64,000 nt of DNA from Candidatus Marinacidobacterales bacterium (GCA_965226495.1 OZ245365.1:1760001-1824000); one strand, 5' to 3'; counted from the first letter of the stretch, positions 21,601 to 30,871 are shown. The notes: generated by a model not told the origin, from the letters alone. Translations and numbers: made by a program.

Positions 21601-21981
21601 GGCGGCCCCGTCGGCGTTCATCGTCCAGACGTTGAATTGGCCGGAGCGATCGGAGACGAACGCGATCTTTCTGCCGTCTGGGGAGTAACGGGGTTGAAAA
21701 TTGATCGCAAGTCCGCTGTCCGCCGTTAGGCACTCGGCAGCGCCCCCAGAGAATGGAACGCGGTAGACGTGACCGAGGAGATCGAAAATTAGAGATTGGT
21801 CGTTGGGGGAGAGGTCCACCGACATCCGCGTGCCTTCGCTGGTGTCGAAATCGATCGCACGCGTTTCACCACGCGGCTGTGTGATGTCCCAACCCAGCTC
21901 TCGCTGGAGAGGAAAGGCAACCTGTGGGGTTGCCGCCAGAAACGTTAGAGCGAGGCAGGCCCCGATCCACTTCTTACTCAT
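18637..21981 (-). CDS. Secreted amidohydrolase with N-terminal TolB/PD40 beta-propeller repeats
   Basis: Repeated P.WSPDG motifs; PGLVDAHAH; GSIVPGKLAD. Confidence 0.9.
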   Translation of the reverse strand: MSKKWIGACLALTFLAATPQVAFPLQRELGWDITQPRGETRAIDFDTSEGTRMSVDLSPNDQSLIFDLLGHVYRVPFSGGAAECLTADSGLAINFQPRYSPDGRKIAFVSDRSGQFNVWTMNADGAAPRLVTAELDHRLDEPEWSPDGKYIFVRRQDMTGGRRFRLSTKLWKYDVATGEGEEVIGGATRGAGFPSISADGTYLYFHVFNGDVRRADVVQGDYQIRRLALQSGALEQVTAGQGDPGAGYLRASNGGAVAPQISPDGRWLAFARRIPDGKISYKGHQYGPRSALWLRDLETGHERVLMDPIDVDQAGWDIWYAVSLLPRYRWAPDGTSIVLSQGGKLRTVRVDTGEVRTIPFTAHVERTLSETAYSPFRIPDDRFRAKYLRWPAGSPDGGQVVFQSVGRLWIAAATGGKPRRLTSDSFTAFEFMPAWSPDGEWIAFTSWDEKERGHLWVMPAAGGRPKQLTEDPGEYFHPAWSDDGAEVVVLRGSGATARRRPMAANVWYELVRVQVPGGEATSIARISRPVFEGVRPPGGGTVRAPIVRASYGPGGRIFYPLQKGKRLGTFTDLLSVGRDGGEPTTHLTFRDAEQIAVSPDGNWVAFQYGSNVYLTPMEMRSEVNAKVVANVIDKQTPGVIRLSRDGGLFPRWRSNTVVEFGHGRRYFSHDTVSRHTTRITIDLEVQPRAPTGTIALRDARIITLNERKVIDKGTLIVRGKRIVCVGDCDATTADRVIDAQGKTIIPGLVDAHAHHHSQHLGIMPAHNFETAVYLAYGVTTTRNPAAPDEEVFPTAELTAAGLAIGPRTFSTGEGLGRGDGPGPNPITSSEVAMEEVQRKAQAGATAIKQYLQPRRDQRQWIVDAARKVGLTVTGEGGDLEFNLSMIMDGHKGFEHGLSHFPIYGDVAKFLGQADAVYSPVFSVAGPAYIFNQDYFFQEGDLWKDEKLRRFSPWWQLMPHLRQRMLRPDSDYDFPLRAQGLADVIDEGGHGAVGSHGQQHGLATHWEVWMAESALGAMGALEVASLQGAYFIGVDQDIGSIVPGKLADVLVLNSNPLVNIRNTLDIEYVMKGGILYEAETLDEIWPEDRPFGDYYWVNPDTLKDDVLPVTHWDKQ

Positions 21982-22002
21982 TGCGTACCTCGAGGAAGAA
22001 AC

Positions 22003-23376
22003 CTAGCGGTCGGTTAGACTCATGGACCCTTCGGTTTGCTTGAACACCTTGCCACCCTTCATCACGAACGTGACTCGAGTCAACTCCGCGATGTCATCGA
22101 GCGGGCTTCGGGCGGTGGCGATAATATCGGCCGACTTGCCGGGTTCGATGGTTCCGATCTCATCCGAAAGACCGAGTAGGGCGGCCGCGTTCACCGTAGC
22201 CGTTCGAATGGCTTCCGACTCGGTCATCCCGATCCGGACGTACTCGATGAGCTCACGCGCGTTGTCCCCGTGGGGATAAACCCCGGAGTCTGTGCCCAGC
22301 GCGACCTTGACACCGGCCTGATGGGCGGCCTTCAACATGACGCGCGGCTGTTGGGGGAGCACGATTTGGAAGACCTTTTCCAACACCTCTGGAGGTTGGT
22401 ATCCCCAAGGGCCGTTGCGGACTTTTTCTTTCGTGTCGCCCACGTATTCGATCAAGTAGGCGGTAGGGGATAGGTAGGCGCCCGTCCGCTTGAAGAGCTC
22501 GAAGATTTCTGGATCTTGATCGGCCCACGTACCATGCTCGATAGAGTCCACGCCCGCGAGCAAGGCCACTTTGATCCCCTCCGCGCCGTGTGCATGGGCG
22601 GCTACCTTGCGGCCCAACCCGTGCGCGGTCTCGACGATGGCGAGCAATTCCGCTTCGGTCAACTGCACGCCAGTACCGGTAGCCACGGCGCTTGCCGCGC
22701 CGCCGGTCACCATGACTTTGATGACATCGGCACCGCGTTTGATCTGCTCCCGCACGGCGCGACGACAGCCATCGGCGCCGTCACAGATCCCACCGCTCGC
22801 CACGACACCTAGCACGTCCGCTCGATAGCCGTGCACGTCGCCGTGCCCTCCGGAAACAGAGATGGTTTCACCGCCGGCCAGAATGCGCGGGCCCGGAACC
22901 TTGCCCTGGTTGATCGCGTTGCGGAGGGCGAAGACCGCATAGCCGGGGGCGCCGACGTCGCGAATCGCGGTGAATCCCGCTTCGAGGGTTTGGCGCGCGT
23001 AGACGGAAGCGTTAAGTGCGATGTCAGCATCGTTCTCGGTGACTCGCTTTAGCTTGGCTCCCGGGCCGGGGTCATGAGTGATGTGAGTGTGAACATCGAT
23101 GAGGCCAGGGAGGACGAAGCGGTCGCGGAGATCAACGAGGGTCACCGTTGCGCTACCGGCATCCAAGGCCGAAGCGTCTACGAACCCAGAGCGGATCTGG
23201 TCAACTTTCCCATCCTTAATGATGATCGTTTGATCTGGTTGGGGCGCTTGGTCAGGACTGGCCAGCAGTTCACCGGCATACAAGAGGGTCCATTCCTCGT
23301 TGGAGCCGGCCGCCTCCGACGAGCGATTCATGCTGGTGAATGACAGACAAAGGCAGGCGATAATGAGGCGCAACAT
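22003..23376 (-). CDS. Secreted metal-dependent amidohydrolase (Xaa-Pro dipeptidase-like)
   Basis: PGLIDVHTH, GADVIKV, AAHAHG, SIEHG, GTDSG, GTIEPGKSAD. Confidence 0.9.
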   Translation of the reverse strand: MLRLIIACLCLSFTSMNRSSEAAGSNEEWTLLYAGELLASPDQAPQPDQTIIIKDGKVDQIRSGFVDASALDAGSATVTLVDLRDRFVLPGLIDVHTHITHDPGPGAKLKRVTENDADIALNASVYARQTLEAGFTAIRDVGAPGYAVFALRNAINQGKVPGPRILAGGETISVSGGHGDVHGYRADVLGVVASGGICDGADGCRRAVREQIKRGADVIKVMVTGGAASAVATGTGVQLTEAELLAIVETAHGLGRKVAAHAHGAEGIKVALLAGVDSIEHGTWADQDPEIFELFKRTGAYLSPTAYLIEYVGDTKEKVRNGPWGYQPPEVLEKVFQIVLPQQPRVMLKAAHQAGVKVALGTDSGVYPHGDNARELIEYVRIGMTESEAIRTATVNAAALLGLSDEIGTIEPGKSADIIATARSPLDDIAELTRVTFVMKGGKVFKQTEGSMSLTDR

Positions 23377-23414
23377 CGTTTCTCCCGGCGACTAAATAGG
23401 AAATCTCTCGTTCG

Positions 23415-24215
23415 TTAAACCCACCATTCAAGGAACGCCGTGCGAACTAAAAGGCCAAGGACGAGAGCAGCCAGTACGCTCGCCAGAGTTCCTACCAAGA
23501 AATACTCCGCGAAGTCCCGATCCTCAAATTCCTTGATACGGATGAGTCCTTTCGCGGCGACAAGAAAGCCGAGAGCGGCGTAGCTACCGAGAGCAACCGT
23601 CAGCAGCATGAGTCCGCGTTCTAGGTTTCCGATCACTCGGCCGCGATTGTACTCGGAAGTGTCGATCTCTTCCGAACCGGCACGAGCCCGAGGAACCGTC
23701 CCAACCTTGTCGAGGATGCCGCGCACGATGTGGGTCGCACCCTGGCCAGCGAATGCCAAAGCGGCGCCCGCCATTATCAAGGGGATTAGACGCTCAGCCG
23801 AGAGCGGGACCCGCATGATCGAGTGTGCGATTCCGAGCTGTGCGTGGCCGACGATAGACCCGGCCGTAACGATGACAAGAATATTGACGCATAGCTCCCA
23901 TTCGGCTTCTGCCTTGATACCTCTCGCGACGAGGAGTCTGCGCCCGAAGGGAAGGATGAGCGCTCCGGTAAGAGTCAGAACCGCCAAGGCGACACCGGGC
24001 AGGCTCCAGCCCACGATTAAGACGGTCACGACGCCGAGCGCCAGGCTCCTGGCGACGACTTGGTAGGTCCATCTTGAATGCTTGTCGAGCGAGGACCGGA
24101 TCTCCTGAAAACCGATCGGATCTCGACCCAGCGCGTAATTGACGACGGACCAAGCGAGGAGGACTTCTGCCAATGCGAGCGTTTCGCTGGGCGAACTAGG
24201 CCAAGAAAAGTTCAT
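23415..24215 (-). CDS. DUF3307/SatE-like multi-pass membrane protein
   Basis: About 7-8 hydrophobic segments; C-terminal GRVIGNLER...AKGLIR...EYFLVGTLAS signature. Starts 3 nt after the satD stop. Confidence 0.7.
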   Translation of the reverse strand: MNFSWPSSPSETLALAEVLLAWSVVNYALGRDPIGFQEIRSSLDKHSRWTYQVVARSLALGVVTVLIVGWSLPGVALAVLTLTGALILPFGRRLLVARGIKAEAEWELCVNILVIVTAGSIVGHAQLGIAHSIMRVPLSAERLIPLIMAGAALAFAGQGATHIVRGILDKVGTVPRARAGSEEIDTSEYNRGRVIGNLERGLMLLTVALGSYAALGFLVAAKGLIRIKEFEDRDFAEYFLVGTLASVLAALVLGLLVRTAFLEWWV

Positions 24216-24217
24216 CG

Positions 24218-24922
24218 TTAGTTGTCGTCGGGGTTGTCGTCGGTTGTCGTCCGGTCGGCACTGCCCAGCATCTTCAGCGCCGCCCGCCAGCCCGTTTCGG
24301 CGAGGAAGTATTCTTCCCAGCCCATTGCTCCTACGTGATCGCTAACCGCCTGTTTTGTGATTTCGAGCATTTCCGCGACTTCAGTCTGCGTCTTGCCTTG
24401 CCTCAGTATCACCGCAACCTCACGCTGCCTTTCCGTCATGTCGGATCGATGACGATGCAGCACGCGGGCGAAGCCATTGAGGATTTTGTCGCCTGGGTCG
24501 CTGAAGCCAAGGAAAACCCCGCCGTTCCAGCCCTTCTTCGCCGCCTTGGTGATCGCTTCGCGAGCTCGATGGAAGGCTGGCCCATCCATGCCAATCGCCT
24601 CTGGCCGCAACGGGGTGTAGATCGTGCCAAAGCCAATCCCGAGTCGAACACCGACATGGGCGAGCTTCGCCTCGAGCTCCCAAGCCAAGTCCGGAATCAG
24701 TTCGGGATCTCGAAGTAAGGCCTGGAACTCGTCCCCGGTCGTAATCACGAAATCCGAAAGTATGGCGGCTCGATAATCCTGGTTGAGCCAGCTAAGGAAC
24801 TGCCGAAGCTCGGCTTGCACCTCCCGGCGGTCAGGCGGTGATAACTGCCTCGACGCCACGAGATCTCCAATGACGGCGGTGACGGGATTCGTAGGAGGTG
24901 CCTGCGAGCCGCTTTTCGCCAT
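24218..24922 (-). CDS. satD: SatD family protein (nucleotidyl-cyclase-like domain + C-terminal HTH)
   Basis: IGDLVASR, TTGDEFQ, RLGIGFG, MDGPAFHRAR. HTH: TQTEVAEMLEITKQAVS. Confidence 0.85.
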   Translation of the reverse strand: MAKSGSQAPPTNPVTAVIGDLVASRQLSPPDRREVQAELRQFLSWLNQDYRAAILSDFVITTGDEFQALLRDPELIPDLAWELEAKLAHVGVRLGIGFGTIYTPLRPEAIGMDGPAFHRAREAITKAAKKGWNGGVFLGFSDPGDKILNGFARVLHRHRSDMTERQREVAVILRQGKTQTEVAEMLEITKQAVSDHVGAMGWEEYFLAETGWRAALKMLGSADRTTTDDNPDDN

Positions 24923-24976
24923 GACTCATCCTCGTAAGATCAAATGTAACAATAGATTACGCTCATTTTTTAGTGA

Positions 24977-25087
24977 GTCAAGTGTATTAACTTTACTATG
25001 ATGAAGACAAGTTAAAAAGGCTTACTTTTTTCACGATAGTCAACTTATAAAGCTTTACTTTTGATTTGTCAATCTTTTTAGCTTTAC
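24977..25087. promoter_or_regulatory. Array of four 20-bp imperfect palindromes GWCAA-N10-YTTAC in AT-rich satD promoter
   Basis: Sites at 24977 GTCAAGTGTATTAACTTTAC, 25006 GACAAGTTAAAAAGGCTTAC, 25039 GTCAACTTATAAAGCTTTAC and 25068 GTCAATCTTTTTAGCTTTAC; spacing 29/33/29. Minus-strand TTGACT-16-TAATCT overlaps the proximal site. Confidence 0.75.
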
Positions 25088-25104
25088 ATACTGTGGGCGC
25101 AGGA

Positions 25105-25691
25105 TCATCGCAGGCCGTCCTCACCCTTGATATCGGAGGCCCCGAGGCCGCCTACGCGTTCGTGGATTCTGGGTCCTATGGCCATGGCCAGGACGAGCAC
25201 CATTTCATGAGAGCGGGGTGCATCCGGCACGCCGACTTCCATGGCGTCGAAATGGCTGCGTACGTAAGCGGCGTTGATGTGACCGATGGGAATGTCGATC
25301 CTCGCGCCGACACCAGCCACTTTTTTGCTCGAAGGAACGATCGCCTTGGCGCCGCCCAGGACCTCGCGCATCCCGTAGCCGCCCGGAACGTGCCAAAGGG
25401 CACCGTGCTCGAGCTCACCGGCTTCGCCGACGATCGTTCCCTTGCCGTAGCCATCGATGGCTGCCGGATCGGCTCCGAGAGTGTCGATGAGTCGCCGTGA
25501 CATCTCGAGTCCTAGCGGCTTGAGGGCTTCCATCATCGCCGTGATCTCGGGTTCGTACCGCCCCGCGTATGGGTTCTTCACGACCGCGCAGATCGCGCCC
25601 GGCGGCGCGGTTTTTCGGGAAGGGGACCTCCGTCGTGAAGGATCTCCTCGAGGAGGACGATAAACTTTCGTACCTGAATCAGTTTTGACAT
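25105..25691 (-). CDS. Amino acid synthesis family (DUF1185) protein, frameshifted near 25598-25600
   Basis: ATG 25691 directly follows the upstream TAA (MSKLIQVRKF...HDGGP...PRRR). Adding one G restores GAICAVVKNPYAGRY...GYGKG...SHFD...DAPR. Confidence 0.8.
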
Positions 25692-26621
25692 TTAGATCCT
25701 AACTAGCAATGGGAGAACTTCTCTGTGTCGGCCGGCGAGAGAAAGCCGTGCTGCCTCGATCATCCCGGACAGTCTCATGGCTTCGGCTCTCTCGGCTCCG
25801 CGGTCCAGGGCCTCTTCGACCTCACTGTCGCCGAGTGCGCCGACCGAGGCCGTGACCAATCGGTCCCCGAGATCGCTGTCGGGATCCAGCTCCAGGGCCG
25901 GAACGCGCTCGATGGAAGGATGCTCCGCGTTAACTGCGTTTTCGATGAGCGTTGCCGCGACATCCGCGGCGGTGGCGTTCTTCGCTATGACCGTGACCGA
26001 GTCTGCGACGCCCAGTGACAAGCTACGTCCGCCCTGCCCACTCGTCGCGATGCCACGCACCGGCATGTCAGCCGTGATGGTGATGGCTCCGTCCAGCATC
26101 GTCCCCGTTATTCCCTCTCCCTCCGGGCGTATGGCCGTCAAAACAGGTTGTGCCATGGAGCGAAGTGGCCAGCCGGCGGGTGAGGGTACCGGTTGCGTGA
26201 CGAAGCCGGTTTCGAAACTCCGTCCCGGAGAGAGAAACAGCGCAATATCTCCACCATTGTTCACGTAGGCGCGCTCGAGGTGCCGATCCGCGACCAGTGC
26301 TTCGAGGACCTCTTCCGCGACGGCACCCGCGACCGCCGCCATCGGAGTTACGAAGACATTGCGGTGCGGCCACACCGCGGCAACCATGCGCTTCGCGGTT
26401 GGCCCTTGGACCTGCGGCCGTTGGTCTTCGACTTGTCGGCGCAGTGTGGGGAGTTCTTCTACGAGACCGGGAAGGATCGTTTCGAAACGCTGCCAGGCCT
26501 GAGCGTACGCACCGTCGACGTCCCTAGCATCACCGAATGCCTCGAGAATGAGATCAATCGGTCCATGCTGGAAATGCCATCGGCGTCCATCACGAAGCTT
26601 GGCTCTCTGGGGACCCTGCAT
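25692..26621 (-). CDS. UPF0280 / ApbE-superfamily protein
   Basis: HFQHGPIDL, TPMAAVAGAVA, VNNGGDIA, GIATSG, GRSLSLGVADSVTV, ADVAATLI. Confidence 0.85.
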   Translation of the reverse strand: MQGPQRAKLRDGRRWHFQHGPIDLILEAFGDARDVDGAYAQAWQRFETILPGLVEELPTLRRQVEDQRPQVQGPTAKRMVAAVWPHRNVFVTPMAAVAGAVAEEVLEALVADRHLERAYVNNGGDIALFLSPGRSFETGFVTQPVPSPAGWPLRSMAQPVLTAIRPEGEGITGTMLDGAITITADMPVRGIATSGQGGRSLSLGVADSVTVIAKNATAADVAATLIENAVNAEHPSIERVPALELDPDSDLGDRLVTASVGALGDSEVEEALDRGAERAEAMRLSGMIEAARLSLAGRHREVLPLLVRI

Positions 26622-28147
26622 CTAGTCGTCTTAGTTGGCTTAGTTGGCTTAGTTGGCTTAGTTGGCTTAGTTGGCTTAGTTGGCTTAGTCGGCTCCGTTC
26701 GATTGGGGATGGACCAGGGCCATGGGTTCTTCTCATGCCACTCGGTGACTTTGACTCCCGGCTTGGTAACGACTTCTTCGAGTCTTGTCACGCTGTCCAT
26801 GTGTCCTCCGAGGTCGCGGTAGTCGTCGAGACGGAGCGTGAACTCGATAGGGGAGACGAGCGCCGGAGTCGGCACGTAACCGAAGGAGTTGTCGGGCATC
26901 CGCGCGACGTCGACCATAAACGTGATGCCGCCGCCCGGCCAAACATAAACCGGCGCGCCACCGCACGTGACCCGTGTCAACGCATCCCGTACCGAGCGCG
27001 TCAGCTTGACCGGGTTCTCGGTAACGCCGGCGCGTAGGCTACCTCCCGCTCCCGCCATATAGAGGACGGTGGCCAGGGCTGGCTCGCAATTTTCTCCGAT
27101 ACGCTCCACGACCTTCTTAAGCGGTTCGGGCATCGCCGCAGGAGTCGGCTTCAGGTCGTCATCGAGAACGAAGTACTCGGCGTCTTCTCCCGTCGTCGAG
27201 ACCATGAAGAGACGAAGCCCGGGCCGCGCGACTTTGGGATCGATGTTCTTGATGATGACGAGCGGATCCTGAATGTCCGTTCCGCCCCAACCCGTACCTG
27301 GTTTGGCCACTCGAAAATAGCGGCCGGCGGTCGACTTGTATCCGCGAACACGGATCCCGGCGAGCGGAATGTCGAGAAACCGTCCCGCCTGATGTTCGGT
27401 AAGGACCCCGGTGATGTGATCATCGACCACGATCACCTCGTCTGCGTGCCCGAGCCACTGTTTGGCGAACATGCCGATCGTGGCCGAGCCGCAACCGACA
27501 CGCATGCGCTCTTCCTGGACGTCGTTGATGACCGGCGCTTTCCCCGCCTGGATCGTGAGCTTCGCTCCTTTGTCGACCTCTAGGTCCATCGGTTCTCGAT
27601 TGCAGAGCGCGAGCAACATGTCACAGGTGGCGACGCCCTCTTCCTTGGAACCTCCCGTGAGGTGACGGACCCCACCCAAGGCGAGCATCTGAGAGCCGTA
27701 TTCGGCCGTCGTGACGTGTCCGACCTGCTCTCCCTTGCGCCGGACGGCAGACTGCTCGGGTCCGACGAAACGGTCGGTATCGATCTTCACTTTGACACCG
27801 CAGTAGCTAAAGATGCCTTCGGTCACAACGGTGACCATGTCGACGCCCTCGTGCTCGCTGGACACGATGAAGGGCGCAGGTTTGTAATCGGGGTAGGTGG
27901 TGCCGGTGCCGATTCCCGTTAGGAACTTCGGCGCTTCAGCCAGAAGCTCGCCGTCCCAGTCCCGGGCAAGGAAGGGAACCATCTTGCCCTTATCGTCGAT
28001 CGTTTTCTGAGCCACGACGATCGGATCCGTCCGCGTGAGCACCCCGTCAACGTTGCCGTAGCGGTCGCAAGCGCCGGTGCGGCCGGGCCGGATCCGGCAA
28101 AGAACCGGACACGCATCACAGGTAATGGTCTCTTTGTTGGAGCTCAT
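26459..28147 (-). CDS. 6-hydroxynicotinate reductase family protein
   Basis: N-terminal CDACPVLC...GACDRY, TYPDYKPAP, MRVGCGSA, GAGGSLRAG, WPGGGI. Located after a xanthine-oxidase-family enzyme. The C-terminus runs through a TKP repeat into the next gene. Confidence 0.8.
   Translation of the reverse strand: MSSNKETITCDACPVLCRIRPGRTGACDRYGNVDGVLTRTDPIVVAQKTIDDKGKMVPFLARDWDGELLAEAPKFLTGIGTGTTYPDYKPAPFIVSSEHEGVDMVTVVTEGIFSYCGVKVKIDTDRFVGPEQSAVRRKGEQVGHVTTAEYGSQMLALGGVRHLTGGSKEEGVATCDMLLALCNREPMDLEVDKGAKLTIQAGKAPVINDVQEERMRVGCGSATIGMFAKQWLGHADEVIVVDDHITGVLTEHQAGRFLDIPLAGIRVRGYKSTAGRYFRVAKPGTGWGGTDIQDPLVIIKNIDPKVARPGLRLFMVSTTGEDAEYFVLDDDLKPTPAAMPEPLKKVVERIGENCEPALATVLYMAGAGGSLRAGVTENPVKLTRSVRDALTRVTCGGAPVYVWPGGGITFMVDVARMPDNSFGYVPTPALVSPIEFTLRLDDYRDLGGHMDSVTRLEEVVTKPGVKVTEWHEKNPWPWSIPNRTEPTKPTKPTKPTKPTKPTKPTKTTRCRVPREPSFVMDADGISSMDRLISFSRHSVMLGTSTVRTLRPGSVSKRSFPVS
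26631..26693. repeat. 9-bp tandem repeat (TTAGTTGGC)x6 + TTAGTCGGC
   Basis: Directly visible; encodes (PTK)n on minus. Confidence 0.97.
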
Positions 28148-30870
28148 TTCTGTTTGTCCAACAGCGCAGCGCGCACCCGGTCGGGTGTTGCAGGTACACG
28201 AGTGATGCGCACCCCGGTCGCGTGGTGGATCGCGTTCAAGATCGCGGGAGCCGTCGCAACGAGCGCCGGCTCGCCGATCCCCTTGGCACCATAGCTTCCG
28301 AGGGGCTCGTTCTCCTCGATGATGATAGTTTCTATCTTGGGGACGTCGCCGAAGGTGGGGATGAGATAATCGTGCAAGTTCTCGCTTCGTCCGGGGATGT
28401 ATTCCTCCATTAGCGCGAGTCCGATCCCTTGCGCGATGCCGCCGTGCACTTGGCCCTCGACTTGGATCGGGTTGATGGCGCGGCCGACGTCATGTGCGGC
28501 CACCATCCTGAGCACCTTGACCGTTCCTAGCTCGGTGTCGACTTCCAACTCAGCCATTTGAGCGGCAAAACCGTAGGTAGCGTAGGGGATTCCCTGGCCC
28601 TTCTCGTCGAGCGGCGTCGTCGGCGGATTGAAGTAACCCTTGCCCACCAGGACGTCGCCATTTTCCTCTTCGGGAAGCTCGGGCAGGTCGATAACGTGTT
28701 CGGTCTTCCCGTCCCGAACGACGACGCGCGGGCCTTCGAGAGAGATCGTTGCACACCCGCAACTGTTCGTGAGATCTAAGATCTTTCGCCGAAGCGCTTC
28801 GCCCGCGGACTTCGCCGCGTTGCCAGAAACGAACGTTTAGCGCGAGGCCGATGTCTTCCCCGCGTCTTCGGTGAGGTCAGTGTCTCCGACGAGCAAATGG
28901 AATTGCGAGACCGGTACTCCCAAAGCGTCGGCGCAGATTTGAGTCAAGATAGTGCTGGATCCTTGGCCGATGTCGACCGCGCCGTTATAAAGAGTCAGCT
29001 TGCCTTCCCGGTTGAGCGCCACCCGTATGGTGGAAGGATTGGCCATCGCGGTGTTTCCGATGCCGTACCACATGCAGCCGACGCCGACGCCACGTTTGAG
29101 AACGCTGGACCCGCGATTGAAGCGCTCCGTGGCACGCCGGGCGTCACGCCAGCGTGGTCGAAGTCCTTCGAGACACCGCGCGAGTCCTGCGCTGGCTTCG
29201 AGCTTCTGCCCGGTCGCGGTTTCCTGACCGACGCGTATCGCGTTTTTAAGTCGAAACTCCAAGGGATCGATACCGCAATTTTCTGCCAACTCGTCCATCA
29301 GTGTTTCATGGGCGATGGCGGCTTGCGGTACACCGAAGCCGCGGAAGGCGCCCGCCGGGGGCTGGTTGGTAAAGATCGCCCGCGTCGTGGCCTTCATGTT
29401 GGGAACGAAATAGGGTCCGGTGGCGTGGATCGGAACACGCCCCGCCACCGTCGGTCCCCATGACGCATAGGCGCCGGTGTTGAAGTCGCCGTGAAAGCGA
29501 GAGGCGGTTAGAACGCCGTTTCGTTTACAGGCGAATCGCGCCGTCATTCGCGAAGGATGGCGCTTGGTCGTCGAAGTCATAGATTCGGGACGGGTGTAGA
29601 TGGCGCGGACCGGTCGATCGAGAACCCAGGATGCGCATGCGATCAGTGGCTGCACCGCCATGTCGAGCTTACCGCCGAATCCACCACCGCAGGCGGTGGG
29701 GATGATGCGTACCTGTTCCGGTTCAAGGCCAAGGACCAGAGCGACTTCGTTTCGATCCATGTAAGGCGTTTGGGTCGATACCGTGACCTCGATCCGATCT
29801 TGGACACGCCGTGCCCATCCGGCCTCGGGCTCGATGTAGGCGTGCTCAATGAAGGGAGTTTCGAACGTCCCCTCGGCCGTGACTTCACCCTCTTCGAGCC
29901 CGGCAACTGCGTTCCCGCGCTCGACCAAACCGCTGACCAGGATGTTGTCAGGCTTGTCGGAATGGAGAGCTGGAGCACCCTTGGCGAGGGCTGCATCGAT
30001 TCCGAGGAGTGGTTCGAGCGGCTCCCACTCGATGGGGAGGTCCTCGTCACGAATTGAAAGGACCGTCTCGCGATCCCCGATCAATGCGGCCACTGCTTCG
30101 CCACGAAATCGTACTTCGCCATCGGCGAGGACCGGTTGGTCTTTGATATGAGGATAGATTCCGAATCCGTTGTGGCCCGGAATGTCCGCGGCCGTCATGA
30201 CCTTCTCGAGGCCCGGATACTTGGCGTGTAAAGAGTCGAACCGACCGAGGCGAAAACGCGCCCGCGCGTGGATCGAGCGGATCGCTCGCAGCCACAAGGC
30301 ATCGGCGGGCGCTGAGTCGGCACCATAGGCGGCCGCTCCCGTGATTCGCTCGAGGCCGTCCACCTTAGGAATGCGTGCGCCGACGGACTTCTCGGGCGAC
30401 GATTCCTGAACGTGCGCCGGCGTCGTGGCGAGCACCGCCTCCACGATCTTCTGGTAACCCGTGCAGCGGCAGAGCACGCCACCGAGAGCATCTTCGACGT
30501 CCAGTTTCGAAGGACTGGATTTTCGGCGCAGCAGATCGTCGGCGGCCATCAACATGCCGGGTGTGCAGATACCGCATTGCGCCGCTCCATGCCTGTGGAA
30601 GGACTCTTGAAGGGGGCTCAAGCGACCGTTCTCGGCAAGCCCCTCCACGGTCACGACCCGGCGACCCGCCGTCTGTCCGACCGGAACCAGACAGGAGCAG
30701 ACCTGCTCGTCATCTAAAAGAACTGTGCAGGCGCCACAGTCTCCCGCATCGCAACCGATCTTCGTCCCGGTCAGTCCGAGCTCGTCTCTCAACATATATG
30801 CGAGCCGCTGTATGGGGTTGGAGGTCACCGTGACCGCGCGGCTGTTGACGGTGAGGGAGATCGCGGCCAC
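28144..30870 (-). pseudogene. Nicotinate/xanthine dehydrogenase-family 2Fe-2S + molybdopterin subunit with one internal TAA (28837-28839)
   Basis: GCDAGDCGAC, QCGICTPG, CRCTGY, GGGFGGK, AFRGFG. DAGKTSASR*TFVSGNAA continues in frame to GQVHGG...AKGIGE. Confidence 0.85.
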
Positions 30871-30871
30871 G

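Noticed and set aside
24977-25087. Mini CRISPR array
   Set aside because: The units share only 5-bp arms, the linkers are 9-13 bp, and there are no cas genes. An operator array fits better.
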